Source: Phoronis australis (lineage: Eukaryota; Animalia; Phoronida). From it: DNA of 64,000 bases. Of this stretch, positions 25,160-39,110 are shown piece after piece; within the stretch, counting starts at the first letter, position 1, and each line of letters begins with the position of its first letter. A program made the translations under genes and the position numbers. The DNA is taken from contig NMRA01000377.1 in assembly GCA_002633005.1 (NCBI GenBank), forward strand, positions 188,031 to 252,030. Direction: 5' to 3'. The notes under the pieces were generated by a model. That model did not search any database. It saw only the letters and a list, made by a program, of their open reading frames with translations, and was not told where the DNA came from.

Positions 25160-25671
25160 AGGCCCTTTCATATTGACTTAACTCTGGTCTGAGCGGAGCA
25201 TCAACGTAAGCAGCCCAGTTAACTGGGCCGTTCATACTGGCTTCAGTAGTTAATGAAACGGTTGGTGACGCTGTCGTCATCAAAGTTATCGCAAGGTAGC
25301 GCTGCACGCTAAGATTTTTCCATGTGACAATTTGGGAACATTTACATGACTGTGCTAAATGACATTAAAACTAAATTTTAAATGGATTGGTTATTATTAG
25401 TCTATTAGAGCAAAATATAAGCAGCTATTAGTGACGGCACTACCCCGTAACTGTTGACGACAATAGTGGCACCTGGCAATAACTTAACTTCGATTGGACT
25501 GAAGTTAACCGTTCATACTGCACCACAGCGCCGACACTGTGCTATTAAATACAACCTGTTAACTGCGATGTTAACTGGAGCTGTTAACTGTGATCCAGGA
25601 CCGGAGTTAAGTGTTCATACTGACCGCAACTCCCCAAATCATCGACGAGTCGACGTTACTATGAAAGGCTC
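25160..25671. mobile_element. MITE flanked by TTAA (Harbinger- or Kolobok-like)
   Basis: TIR AGGCCCTTTCATA / TATGAAAGGCTC, internal GTTCATACTG and GTTAAC repeats. Confidence 0.7.
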
Positions 25672-25911
25672 TTAAGGAAGTCTTGATTGTATAAAGTCAG
25701 GGTAAGCATTAGAGTCAGCATGGTAGTCATGAGTGGGCATAAATCCAGACAAATACGGTACATTACAACAATGTTGGACAGCGTACCAGCTTTGCTGCAG
25801 GTAATGTTGCCAAATATACACGTACCTGAATGTGTTCAGTGAGTCCAGCTCTAGTTTTTTATGCAATGCTTTTGAATTGTAACCCGCAGGTTTATGTCTC
25901 TGTTAGACATC

Positions 25912-26023
25912 TTATTATTGTAATATTATTATTATTATTATTACAGGATTACATTGTTATTGACACCATTACATTATCTCTATCATAATTCTTATGAATA
26001 AAATTATTAGCTCTGACTAGTTT

Positions 26024-26063
<40 letters not shown>

Positions 26064-26073
26064 AATAATCATT
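25912..26073. repeat. (ATT)n and (AAT)n microsatellites
   Basis: read directly. Confidence 0.9.
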
Positions 26074-26145
26074 ATCACGCACTAGTTCTATTCTCACTTA
26101 TTAATATATAAATGTCATTATTATTGAACATTATTTAGAACTCAC

Positions 26146-26832
26146 CGGGCGTCCCTCTGTCGTAAACACTCGGTGGACGGCCATCTTGAAGACATCACTA
26201 AAATCGTCCAGCAGAGTCTCAAAACTACGCAAGTTCTTTCTGTTCAGCCAAAACTTATGCTGCACAACTGAGTTACCGTTCTTGAGCACCGTAATCTTCT
26301 TAGCAGGGGGGTTGCCATAGCGACCATGTCCAGTTGTCAGCGCTTCTTCGTCTTCACTAAAAGCGTGAGGTGGCGGTAAAGATTTGGCGTTTCTGGTTGA
26401 GCGAGGGTCAGACTCGGAGCGAAAGTAGGGTGTGTTCACACTTAAAATGTCTGGCCTTGATCCACCATGCCAACTATGCGTGGTTTTTGAGACACGTTCT
26501 ACGTCCACGCCTTTGGCCTTGTTTCGATGAGTGGAGCAGACGTATTTTCCCTGGTCAACCAGATCATCAAGATCATTCACGTGGTGATGTCCTGAAGGTG
26601 TGTATATACTCCGTACACCAAACCCCAAGCTGGGCATCTGCTCCGTAAGTTGTTTGAGCAGTATATCGAAGCTACGGAACTTCTTTGGGTGGATGGCCAA
26701 TCGCAGCGCTTTAAAGTGCTGGTCGCCATCTTTGTAGAAAAACACATTTTTGGCTCTTGTGGTATCAACAAGTTGGGGGCGTCCATTGTTGTTTGAGTCG
26801 CCTCTTTGATTTTGTGGACTTCGATGCATCAT
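26146..26832 (-). CDS. RP1: RP1-like coding exon 1: DCX1 and start of DCX2
   Basis: ATGATG start, in-frame stops upstream, acceptor ttttag before 26932, donor CCG|gtgagt (phase 0), doublecortin motifs. Confidence 0.93.
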
Positions 26833-26888
26833 GTAGCCTTGCAAAGTGAGGAATGAATTGTGAAGTTACAAACAGCTAGTTCAGCCAT
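26829..26888 (-). promoter_or_regulatory. uORF (MAELAVCNFTIHSSLCKAT*) whose stop overlaps the main start codons
   Basis: sequence ACATGATG: the TGA overlaps both tandem ATGs. Confidence 0.6.
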
Positions 26889-28517
26889 TGGTTGGTAAGT
26901 TTCAGGCCAGGATGTTGATCCAGGATAGTTACCTAAAACAGAATCAATAACCACTTAATTTGTTAACATTTTTAAATTATGGTAAGGTCAAAAAACACAC
27001 TGGGTTGTGAGAACAGCGTCTACTTTTCGTTCTCAAAATGCAGTAAAAGCTCAATGTTACACAGTTCTTTACACTGAACATAAAAAATTTCAGGCAGGCT
27101 CAAGGTCTATAAGTTCAGATTTGAAACAAAACCTTAGTGACTGCAGTCATCAAGTGCAAACTAGGATTAGTTAGTCGTCATCACCTGATTGGCCAAAAGA
27201 ATATTTAAGTTCACGCATACGTGATCTTGAGATTAAACACGATCCCAAGATCAAGCACAGTAATTGTCATCCATTCGTTGCTAAATTGATTGCTTACGGT
27301 TAGGGGACGTGAAAGATCAATCTGCATATTGTATAAAGGCCTAAGAGCATCAAGTTCTTATCAAGAATTTATTTCCATGAAGCTTAAAAAGATAATTTTT
27401 TATGAGGTGAATGCTTTAAAATATGCAGGCACAAACCAGATTATATTGTTTCCTTTTCTGGCCTAAAATCGAACAACAATCATAAGCACGAAAAAAATCA
27501 AATGTTTTGACATGATTTTGCTCAGGACTAACAAAGTTAAACAAAGAACAAATTGAATAATTTATGGTTGCTATAAACAGAAATGCAATATTAATGACTG
27601 ATTTGCATATCTTTGTTACCAGAGGTGTCTGCAGAGAAGTCCAACAGCTTTTTATGGATGAGTGAAGCAGCTCTGTAGACCTAATCAACATGTTTGTACA
27701 TTTAGCCAAACACGTATAAAACTATAGAACTTTAACTTAGAAAAAGTATATATTTTCTGAAAGCAGAAATTCGGTAGAATTTGACCGTTGAATATATACC
27801 AATGTGTCACTAATTAGGCAATGTGATATTGCTTTTCAGGTAAATTTAGCAAAAACAGAAAGTTACATTTATAGCAAACCATTAAGATCAAAATAAAGAT
27901 GACAAAATCTCATGATATAAATGTCCAAAATAAAATCTCAAAAATTGTGTTACAGTTTTCTAAATTATCATTATGTTTTCGTTAACCATGTAACTTAGAG
28001 AATTTTTTAACGAAAATCATAGGCGCCCCAGTTTCTAAGAGCCCGTCAAGCAAAAATGGAACAATTGGTGAGTATAATAATTTTGTGTCCATCAGTGTAT
28101 AAAGCATAGTATATAAAAATAAACATTTCTGAGATACAGTGTTCCAAATTGGGCATTTTTCTAAATAACTTAGAAACCATAACCTTAATATTTCTATTGA
28201 TGCGGCCAGTGAAATATTTGGTATAAACATGGGCGTATAACTCTTGTTCCCAAAAATGCAGTATGTCAAATACACACACTCAGAGCATATAAATGGAAAT
28301 TTCCACTGTCACTGCCTTGCACTGATAGATACTCTACTATGGCGGACAAATCAATGACTCCATAACCGGTCAAGTGATTTATTTCTAGCTTTCAGGAGGA
28401 TACTTCCATTCAGCATCTCATCAATTTTGGCAAAAATAATTCTCACCCTTCTCATTTTTCAAAGGCGTCTTTGTTATGATTGCTGCAATTATTGCCGACC
28501 ACTCAAAACAGGGTAGA

Positions 28518-28658
28518 GTTCAGTAACGCTAGGACCTTTGCTAGGACCTATGGTAGGACCTTGCTAAAATCCAGCCAAAATCACGTGTTCTCGTTTCAAA
28601 TGCACGGCAATATCTCACGTAATCTCGCAAACTCTAGCTCTTTCTAGCGTTACTGAAC
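28518..28658 (+). mobile_element. MITE of about 140 bp, GTTCAGTAACGCTAG-TIR family, copy 1
   Basis: TIR, 4 copies in the window. Confidence 0.85.
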
Positions 28659-31600
28659 AGCTGGCAGAATTTAAAAATCTAAGTGAATACAATGCATAAA
28701 GCTACATATCGCTAATGAGAAAATCATAAAATAAAGTTTCATTACGAGCCATACTGTGTCTTTAACAAGTGAAATTTCACTTCCTTCATCTCAGATAACA
28801 GGGACATTTCCACAGAAAGAACCATGACAACACCACGGTACTTTCAACAGGATCCACATTTTGTTAAATATTTCAGTTGAAAAATATCGAGAAACAGAAA
28901 GGGCTTGATGTGGAATGTTTCTTGCTAAAAACAAGACTTTATTAACTACACTTAATTTATGATGGGGTTCCTTGGTCAGTAACAAAAACACCAACAGTTT
29001 TCTGGACAAGTAACAAAAACTTTCATTTAATAGAATTTTACTTCATAATTCAGTGTAAACTGTTTTGAATCATCACTGTGTCGAGTTTGAATTTTGTCGT
29101 AGCGAATTTGTCTTACTTGCGTCAAGTATTGGGAGATCAGTCAATTGCCATTTCTTAACCAAATTCCCCACAACATGGACACGGACTTTCCAACACCATG
29201 AGTATGTGCATTTTTAATTCTAGCCGAGTTAAAATTTTCTGTTGTGGAGAACACTGTAATTAACCTGAATTTTCTAGCTCAATGTCACTACGCAAATTTT
29301 AAAAATTTAAAGCAAGACAGTCAGTCTCTGAGAAATTTAAAAGTGACGGTTTAAGCAAAAACTTATTTTTTGTACAACATGACTTAAGGATTACTGTAGT
29401 AGTCCCAGCATACTCACAGCCAGCTGTTAAGATATGAAGTGAATTTATTTCAATCCAGCCATTGCTCAACACTAAAATGGATCAATGACCAATCGATGGT
29501 TAAATCTCGCTCTGCTGTAACACAATCCTGGCTGTATCAAAAAGGGCATTTTTCAGTGCTGACCATTTGTAAATATCGATGGGGCGACCATCACAGACTA
29601 GAGCGTCTACACGGACTGTAAGCGGTACCAGATTTGAGCATCAGCCGAAGCAGCAATTACTCAATCTTGATTTTCATTTTCACATGTAAGAAAATAAAGT
29701 CATGTTCTGGCTTCAAAAGCAGAAAATGTTTCAGACTTATTGTCACGTGATGTGGACAACAGCTGGTATGCTGACCAGACTTATGGTGTAAATGTTTGCA
29801 AAGTGTACAACACACGTGATATGATATGATAAAACCCTACAATTTAAGGCAAATGATCTAAATTTTATAGCCAAATAATCCCATTTAAGAATCACAGACC
29901 TTACAACAAAACATTTTGTCAGAAACTAGAACAAAAAAGATGTTTTATTCTGGTCTGATCAGTTATCAAAGCCAGAAAAAGACAAGTGAACGTTAAGAAC
30001 AATGAATCTACATCCAGCGAGTGCTTTTATTAATCCAACTTTTTAAAGAAATGGTCAGCGGAATGATACCTTCACAAAATTAGCTTAAAGAACTTACATC
30101 TACCAAGCTGGTGTTTAATCTCGTTTTACAAATACACACAGCAAGCTCCTGTTTACCAAGCAGAACTTAACCCGATAAAAAATTCATTGACATAACTTTA
30201 AAGCCGTTACTCTTGACAGTTGTGAAGAAGCAGTAGTAGTTAATATATTGATCCACCATACTCAAACAACTGAGAATTAATTCACTCAAAAGTTACAACT
30301 CACCGCTAGTTTGCAGAAACTCAATACAGATAACGAGTAGAGAATACACGGTGCTAACAAACTCCAATACTAATCAATGCCAATGTCTGCAAATACCTTA
30401 GTTTGAACAAATGTATAGAAACTCCTGTTATCTATGTTGGTGTTTTTTCAAACAAACCCAGTCTAGCATGGCAACGGATGTAGGAGTATAACAACACTGC
30501 GACCTACCTAGCAGTGCCCTTGTGGTATCATTTTCTTCCAAATTATTAATTTTTAATCACCAAATCGGGATGGGATTAGATGACTGTCGATTATGACTTC
30601 AAATAGTAAAGCATCGCATTAGTGCTTTGTCCGCAACATTTCCACAAATTACTTTTTGACAAATAACAACAGCATCTGCTAAATTGAAATGGAGGAAACA
30701 ACTTAGAACATGAACAGTTTTCATCCATTACATAACTTGTCATAGTTTGATCTCACATTTCCCTACATAGCTATATTTTGTACATTCCATTTTTTCCTAG
30801 CCACCATTGGAACTTTTCAGATGTGCTTTGAAATGCAGGCTCTAGAATACTGTGGACGTTTTCTATAATTTTGTCAAAATGCAGGCATTATAAATTAATA
30901 CAATTTGTTTCATATTTAAAGTTTTTAATGGCAGAAATTTCCATAAACACGTCCCTCAAAACACACTATACATGGACTATTTACAGTCCATTCTATGAAT
31001 TCAGACTCGAAGGGAAACTTCGATATCTCATTAACTAATGACACCCAAGGTAATTAATTACATGTGTGATTTTAGGTGCGTTGTATAGTATATCATAAGC
31101 GTCACAAAAGCTTCCCTTCAGGTAAATCCACGTGATAATCTTAGTCTAGGTGAATGCAAACCACAACAGTTAACAACTTGAAAATCAAATACACACCAGG
31201 AAGGTTTAGCCTAATGGAGTCAAAAAGACATTGCTCTGTTGTAATTTGCTTGCCTCGGGGGTTCTTAACTTACTAACCACTGATTCATCGTAAAAATTCT
31301 TCAATTTAGGACAAAACTAATTGCTATACTTCTATTTTTAGAAGCTTCATACATTGTTGCAAATGCTTCAAATTTTACCAAATGCTGTTTGGTAATAGCT
31401 GCACCATACCAACGATGCTAAAAGCGAAGTAAATTTTTCTGAAAATTATTTTTGTTGAGAAATTTGAAAAAAATTCATCCGCTTGACATATTGTGTCTCA
31501 AACTCAGGAATTTTTACATTAAGTTTGTCAGGTTTAGGTGAAGTGAAAATAAACCGACAAAACAAAAATTATAGGAATAAAGTTGTAACCTATAAGCGTC

Positions 31601-34600
31601 CTGGTTGTATTTGAGGACCTTGCTTTTGGACCCATCCTGGGCTGTTTGTCGGGGTACTGGAAGAGATTTTCGTGTCATGTGGCCATGTGGTCACATTCCA
31701 CAAAATAAAAATTATCATTTTATCACAATTTTCCAGGTCTGAAGAATAATTGAAACACTTCAACCACTTCTTTAAGCAACAAAATACAGTAAATTAAGAG
31801 ACATTTTAAGTTTCGCATTTTGCACTAAAACAATGGAGCATGAAACAATGCTAAAAGTTTAATTTTCATGAAAAATGTTCCAGTGATGTTCAGTAAGAGG
31901 GAATAAAAATGTAATTTGGAGACCATTAATAATTATCACCAAAAAAGCCCACTTTTCCCGAGTCCCTTCCCCCTAAAAAGTAAAAAAATGTTGAATTTTT
32001 TACAGATAATGTTCACATTCGCATTATGAGGTAAAGTGCTGGAAGACTTCAAAGTCAAATACTGTTTATCAAGTCATCTATTCCGTGATGTGGAAAAACA
32101 AAAACAGTTATTTTCAAGCAATGCTTGGTGCATTATATTCCTCTCAATACTTGCAAACTGATAGAACTACTTTCTCAATAATAAAAACAAGACAACTTTG
32201 CCACAAAAATGAAGTGGTCCAGTCAAAAAATGAAAATGAAATGATTTACCAAGCGTCCTACAAGTCTCAGAAGAGTGAATACAGCGCGAAAAAATTTTTT
32301 AATGGATCGCCCAAATACAGCCACAATTCACTGACTAGTATAGCCGTACAACATAAATGCACATCGGTAAACTGACCTATCCTGACAGTGATGGTTTTGT
32401 TTCCAGAGGTCCTTTAACAGTCCTTAAAACTAAGGTAAAAAGCCACGCCATTGGTTCTACTGCAGCACTACAGTTGCTAATGACCATATGATTTCACATA
32501 CGTTATTGATCTTGTGCCTTTTTTGTGACTTCGAAGCGTGAAGCACTAGTGCTATACTCATTAGTTGCGTGTTTATGCATGGACAAAAAGTGAGCCAAGT
32601 CAGTTGGAACAGTCTAAACCAGATGACGTTTTTGGCACTGCTTTTCACAGCAGGAGAAGCAGGAAACGCCTGATGTAACGTCTTGCTACACCTTATTGTT
32701 GGACTTAGCTATTGTGCAGCTGTTGGCTGTTTCGTCACAATTCAATAACGTGAAAATAAATAATCAAATGTTGAATTTTGTTTTTTGGACATCGTCATAT
32801 TCATGACGCCAAAAGCATATACTAGTATCGAGCCCAACCCCCCTAAAGCACACAGTTGGTACACTCCCCATGTAAATGGAGATAATTGAAAATAGTCCAT
32901 CAGCCAAATGCAGACCATAGTAGCAGTGAGTTTGGAAAATTCAAAACAGGTGATGGCATATCTATGGAGAAAACCTAAACAGTAGAGAAAGACTATAATA
33001 GTTTTTGACAGGTCCACAACAACAGAAGTTATTATTTTGTCTGGTGCTGTTGAACCTAATTGACTTCGCATGATTTGTCAACCTAAATTACTCAACCCTA
33101 ATAGGCAAACAACCCTGGGCACCATAAGCACCTGATCAATGGTATTCAACAGATCTATATATATCAATAGGGTTGAATACCCCCACCCAATATTATCTGG
33201 ATAATCATAACATTGGGGCACAAAGCACTATGTAAACATTTACCTGTGCTTAGCAATAACATAACAATATGACCCTATTTTGTCTTGATATTTTACTAAG
33301 CCAGTATGTACCTCTAGTTCAACTGTTCAGGCAAAATGAACTACCCTGTAGAAATTTACCCATAAAATTAACGTAATTTATTCATTTCAATTGAAAATAA
33401 AAATGTATTTGTCAAATAAGCTTTCCATTCTTAACCTATAAATGTAAATATTTTCTGAATTCTTGATGTCTGAAAAATATTAGCTCATGCAAAAATGATA
33501 CAGTATTATTTACAATCACATGACCATCAATTTTTGTGAAAATTGCTAAAAATCACCTTAGCATGACTTTATGTTAAAACATTTTAGACACTCAACATCT
33601 CAGTCATTCGAAAATCGAAAATCTGAGATACAAGTCCTCTGCTGTCTGAAAGAACTTGTAAAAATCTGAGACACTGTTCCCTTGGCCATAGAACATAAAA
33701 CAGGAGTAAAAAATTTTATGCGACTTGATTTAGACAAAAGGGAAATCGTTAAAAACTGTGAAAGCGTTGAAAACCAAAAGGTCTGAAAATGGCTGCTGAG
33801 ATTTGAAATCTGTTGCTATTGAAACTCTTACAAACAACTCTATCAGTACATAAATAATGCATTTAAAGAAATTTCATGAGTAACAGTAAAAATACGGACA
33901 CAATTTTATACAATATGTGAATATTGGATTTCTGAAAACTATACATACAAGAGTTGACAGTTACCTTGAATCTTCTTGTAGTGAATGAGTACAGTTCTAA
34001 CGGTGCAAGTCTTCCACAAGTATCAATGACGTCAATCATAACAGTAGTCTATTGTGAGCTTGTATTTTGTCAATTTTTGCCTCTTTGTGTTAATGAGGTA
34101 TGACCTCATGATCTCCATTGCATGCCTAACTCCATTATAACCTGCCATTATTCTTACCCAAAATGGTAAACATGTGTTAACAATGGAGACCCCAAAAAAC
34201 AACATCAAAAATTGTTACTGGTTCCTGGTATTGGGTATCACCCACATCTACAGTACAAGTCAAAAGTGATCAGACAAAATACCGTTTTCTTCATCATGGC
34301 AGCTAATTCAGTTGAAAGCCAAAAATTGAAACAATAAGGTGACAATGGCTTAGCTTCCTTCTCTCTCAGTTCCCCTTCATTCTTGGTCATGAGGGAAGAC
34401 TATTCTGATGGTGAATTCACGTTCTGCCCAGTCATCACGACGTGGAACTCCAGGTCATTTTGTCTGCATATTTTTGGCGTGTACTGTACATGACCCTGGT
34501 GCCCTTCACACATGAAGAGTCATTCTGTTTTCTTCAAGTACATGGCAACAAAAGCAAATACAGAGAGCTGGTAACGACTGAGAAATAAAACTGAAACTTG

Positions 34601-36869
34601 GAAGAAGGGCGAACATTCAATCATACCGCAACCACAACCTGAAATTCTTTTTCATATTACACTGGGAAAAGGAATTTCAAAACGATTTTAAGGCCTTCAA
34701 TGTTTAAAAAAATCTACAATTTCCTAATTTTTTAAAAGTTCGATTTATTAATCTTTTTAGAATATCGTTTTAAGCACTGAGCAAGACAACAATTCATTTA
34801 CGTGCTAATTTCAAAGATAGTTCATACAAATCTCTGGACACCACAGCTTCAAGGCACTTGAGATTGCCTTCACTTAAAGGAACTTGATTTTTTGTGGTGA
34901 AAAATGAAATTTTGGAATTTTTGTTAAACAGGACAGAATTCAAAAAGTGCTTAGCTTTGTCCGGAGCTGTAAAACAATAAATATCATTAGTTTCTGAGAT
35001 TTGAGTGCTAATCGCCAGTTCCCACCGTTGTCTGACAGATATTGGGTAACATCAATGCCGGTGTTTTTTACCCTTTAAATAAGCTTAAAGTACTAAAGTT
35101 AAAACACTTGTGATTAGATTCAGCAGTAGAGTGTTTGGATGCCAGTGGGTTCGATTACACGCTGCTGCTAACTTCTGTAAAATTATTCTTCTGGCTGAGA
35201 ATGTCCCTTTAAATTAAATATTTACACACTCAGTATGCAAGCCAACCATAACCAAGCAAAACATTGAAATGTTACAATGTTCAAATCCCATTTTTACAAA
35301 CAGATGCCGAGATCCACAGGCTTAGGTTAAATCAAAGTGGTTCTGATAAGATAAATTTCAGTGGAGACCAGTGTATGCAGATAAATTAGAAGACACAATT
35401 ACCAATCTTTATATCTGACACCAGTAAAGTAGAGAACACTGTGGTCGACAAGCATGATTCAAACACAAAATTTGACAACCAAATTAAAATTCAAGTACCA
35501 TTGGACCAATTATATTTATATAAAAGATTTGGAATCCGAATTATCACCATTCTTAAGAACTTACCATACATAGAAACCAAGTGGCTAAACCACACCTCAA
35601 AGGAAAATATCCTATCCTATGACCTATTTGATTTTTGACTAAAGAGGGATGAGATGTCTAAAAATTTGACACCAGAGGTATATGGTAAACATTTCAGTTT
35701 GCAGTAGCTGGTACACAACAATTATTATATACAAAAGGTACGAGTACTAAGCCATATTTATGAAGGTATAAGACGGTGTGACACCTTTGGTGCTGCAAAA
35801 GATGTGAATTCACAATGCCAGGTACCACAACAGAAACTCGTCTTTCGGTGAAACTCATGACAGTTATTTGCCCGTAAGAGAACATGTATCTGTACTCTAA
35901 ATTATGATAACAACAAAACGGATTTTTCCGTCATCATTTTTGTTGAAATTCTCACCCACAAAATGTTTTTAACATATCTGTCTTGTTGAATGCTTAACTG
36001 GTGAAGCATATATGGTTCAGCGTAATTTTTTTTCCAAATTAAGCATGACTGGAGACATTACCATGTAGTAGACTGTCCCTGAACTAAATGCCAACATTAC
36101 ATTGTCTTCACACTTCAGAAATTAGTTACAAAGACCCATGTACATCACATATGCTAGTTACAAACATCTATGTTATTACAGAACATTAGTTTAAAATTTG
36201 TGAAGTATTCACCCATTCCACAATAGAGACCTGTGATCGAGAGACTATCATGCGTTGTTATGGAACAATCTGCCAGTTCACAATTGAACAGGCTACGATA
36301 AATATTCAATTATTTTGCACAAAAATAATTACTAAAACTGGCATTTTTCAAGGGCTGATTAATTTATTGCAAATAATGGAAAAATTACAAAAAGTTGTTT
36401 TATCACATCTACATAGTACGAAGCGGGCTAGAATAGACTATGATTTTCTTAATCATTTTTGTCGAGAAATATACAAAATAGAATTTCACTTGTCGGCCAA
36501 CACGTGCTAAATACCTGAATTACTGACATTACTTCAGTTGCATCCAGAAGCATTTACAAATCACTTGATTTCATTCATTTAGGCAGTTTCGAAATTTGTT
36601 TCTTAACCGAGATGGAAATAAAGCATTGGTATTATCAACATTTGCCATAAGTATCATAACCTAAGCTGAATTATAAAAGAAAACATCAAATTTACTAAAG
36701 TGTTACTATTTAAACAATAAAAATGATACTTTACCTGCAATTATTTCTCTTAATGAAAATATTTAAACCAGAAAAACAATAAAATAGTATCTTGCTTTCC
36801 ACAGTCTTTAAACAAATAGTTACCTATTTTCGATACGCCCAGTCTGGATATAATTTAGTCTGTGTGTGC

Positions 36870-36882
36870 GTTGCTTAGCAAC
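36870..36882. promoter_or_regulatory. RFX X-box-like palindrome GTTGCTTAGCAAC
   Basis: motif match upstream of a ciliary-type gene; minus-strand donor GCAG|gtaaag near 36735. Confidence 0.4.
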
Positions 36883-38287
36883 AAGCATACACAGTTGATC
36901 TTGATATGATAAGATGTCTTTTTACCAATTGTCATTTATAACAAAGAAAGTTGACCATAATGCTACAATGTCACTATCCCAATCAACAGACATAAAAGGA
37001 AGGCAAAGTTGAGCACGAACTTTAAAATTGATTCAGTAGCTTTTTGCATAATTTAGGCGTGCTTATACGACAGACATAGGAAAAATGTTTTTAAGAGAAC
37101 TCAAAGAATAAGTTTAATGAACTAGCAGAATTCACTATTCTGAATTCCTAAGTGTGCACAGCTGATTAGTTAAATACAGTATGCACTCGTTGGATCAACA
37201 AGGATATTTCCACAGAGTGGCACGAAACACTTTACATCAACTACAGCTATTGGTGAATAAAACAGCCGTCTGTGTGTAAAAAACAGGGTCCTCACAGAAA
37301 CCCCTCCCACCCCTCTCAATCACCATCCCAGACCTCATCAGCAATACCACAGGTAACCAAAACTAATGTTTTACAGAAGGGAATCTAACCTCGGATGGAA
37401 AACTTTAATCATTGGATGGAATTTTGGGCTTGATGAGGGGAATTTCGACTAAATTTTAAATATTTCACACACAGGAATGTGGCCGATATTTGGCTCCAAA
37501 ATCGAGGCATGGGGACCTGAAGAATTACATCTTCTTCTTATCTCGTTAACTACTATGCAACATTAGGAAAAGGAATTGCATGAGTTTTCATCAAGCACAA
37601 CAGGAATAAAAAGAGACTGTTTAAATACGTTGTTACATGACAGTTCTCTGGACAAACCATCATGGACTGTGTGACACTTAGACAATGTTTGTCAACGCAG
37701 GTTTATAAAAATGGTATTTTTATACAGAAGAAAACTGCAACAGAACTTTTGTGAGAAAAGTAATAACTTAGATTTTACTCTCACTTTTGACGATGTCATG
37801 ACACGGTGGAATCTTAAATTGCAGGATTCAGATCTTGTTCGGCCACCTGGTAAAAATTCCAGGTCGTAACAAAATCACCACATATACTAAAAATACTTAA
37901 GGAAGTAAACAGGTGGAAGGTGGAATCATTCAGCCCATTCAAAAACAAGTAAAATGAGACAATCATCTATTTTTGCTGTACGAGGAGACACTGCACAATA
38001 TATTGAATCTGTTGGGTATTAGCAGGTGGAATTGATTGTTTGACACCACGTGAAACTCTCTTAGCTTTACGTTCAACTAAAAGGGAGCAGGACTTTTGCA
38101 ACCCTCCCCCCTTGTTTTGGCAACCTCAGTTTCCTTTGGATGACCTGTGTATTTTGTTAGGTAACAATTAGCGAGTTGTTGTTAAGCTAATAGTAAGAGT
38201 CTAGCCATGAATTATGACAGAAAACTGTAAAGTTGTAAACTCATTCTTTCTGCCACACAAGATGACATTTTTCTCCACACATGTCTC

Positions 38288-39110
38288 ACGGGTGCGTTGC
38301 CTTCTGAGGCACGGCCTAGGCCGGTGCTACGGGTGCGTTGCCTTCTGAGGCATGGCCTAGGCTGGTGCTACGGGTGCGTTGCCTTCTGAGGCACGGCCTA
38401 GGCCGGTGCTACGGGTGCGTTGCCTTCTGAGGCACGGCCTAGGCCGGTGCTACGGGTGCGTTGCCTTCTGAGGCACGGCCTAGGCCGGTGCTACGGGTGC
38501 GTTGCCTTCTGAGGCACGGCCTAGGCCGGTGCTACGGGTGCGTTGCCTTCTGAGGCACGGCCTAGGCCGGTGCTACGGGTGCGTTGCCTTCTGAGGCACG
38601 GCCTAGGCCGGTGCTACGGGTGCGTTGCCTTCTGAGGCACGGCCTAGGCCGGTGCTACGGGTGCGTTGCCTTCTGAGGCACGGCCTAGGCCGGTGCTACG
38701 GGTGCGTTGCCTTCTGAGGCACGGCCTAGGCCGGTGCTACGGGTGCGTTGCCTTCTGAGGCACGGCCTAGGCCGGTGCTACGGGTGCGTTGCCTTCTGAG
38801 GCACGGCCTAGGCCGGTGCTACGGGTGCGTTGCCTTCTGAGGCACGGCCTAGGCTGGTGCTACGGGTGCGTTGCCTTCTGAGGCACGGCCTAGGCTGGTG
38901 CTACGGGTGCGTTGCCTTCTGAGGCACGGCCTAGGCTGGTGCTACGGGTGCGTTGCCTTCTGAGGCACAGCCTAGGCCGGTGCTACGGGTGCGTTGCCTT
39001 CTGAGGCACGGCCTAGGCCGGTGCTACGGGTGCGTTGCCTTCTGAGGCACGGCCTAGGCTGGTGCTACGGGTGCGTTGCCTTCTGAGGCACGGCCTAGGC
39101 TGGTGCTACG
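38288..39110. repeat. 41-bp GC-rich minisatellite, 20 copies
   Basis: unit ACGGGTGCGTTGCCTTCTGAGGCACGGCCTAGGCYGGTGCT. Confidence 0.98.

Larger units (their letters stand above)
1548..26932 (-). other. RP1: RP1-like multi-exon gene (2 DCX, at least 4 PLAT/LH2, 2 FGF-like beta-trefoils); no stop codon reached, probably continues beyond the left edge
   Basis: 18 coding exons with GT-AG boundaries and matching phases (only break is at N 21828). DCX motifs (FFYKDGDQHFKALRLAIHPKKFRSFDILL) are followed by PLAT motifs (AGTTANVSITVYGHKGNSG, WYCDQV, CHRWLSREEDDGEIVRE), matching long RP1-family isoforms. Confidence 0.85.

Noticed and set aside
38288-39110. Palindromic repeat array as CRISPR
   Set aside because: No unique spacers, no cas genes, eukaryotic spliced context.
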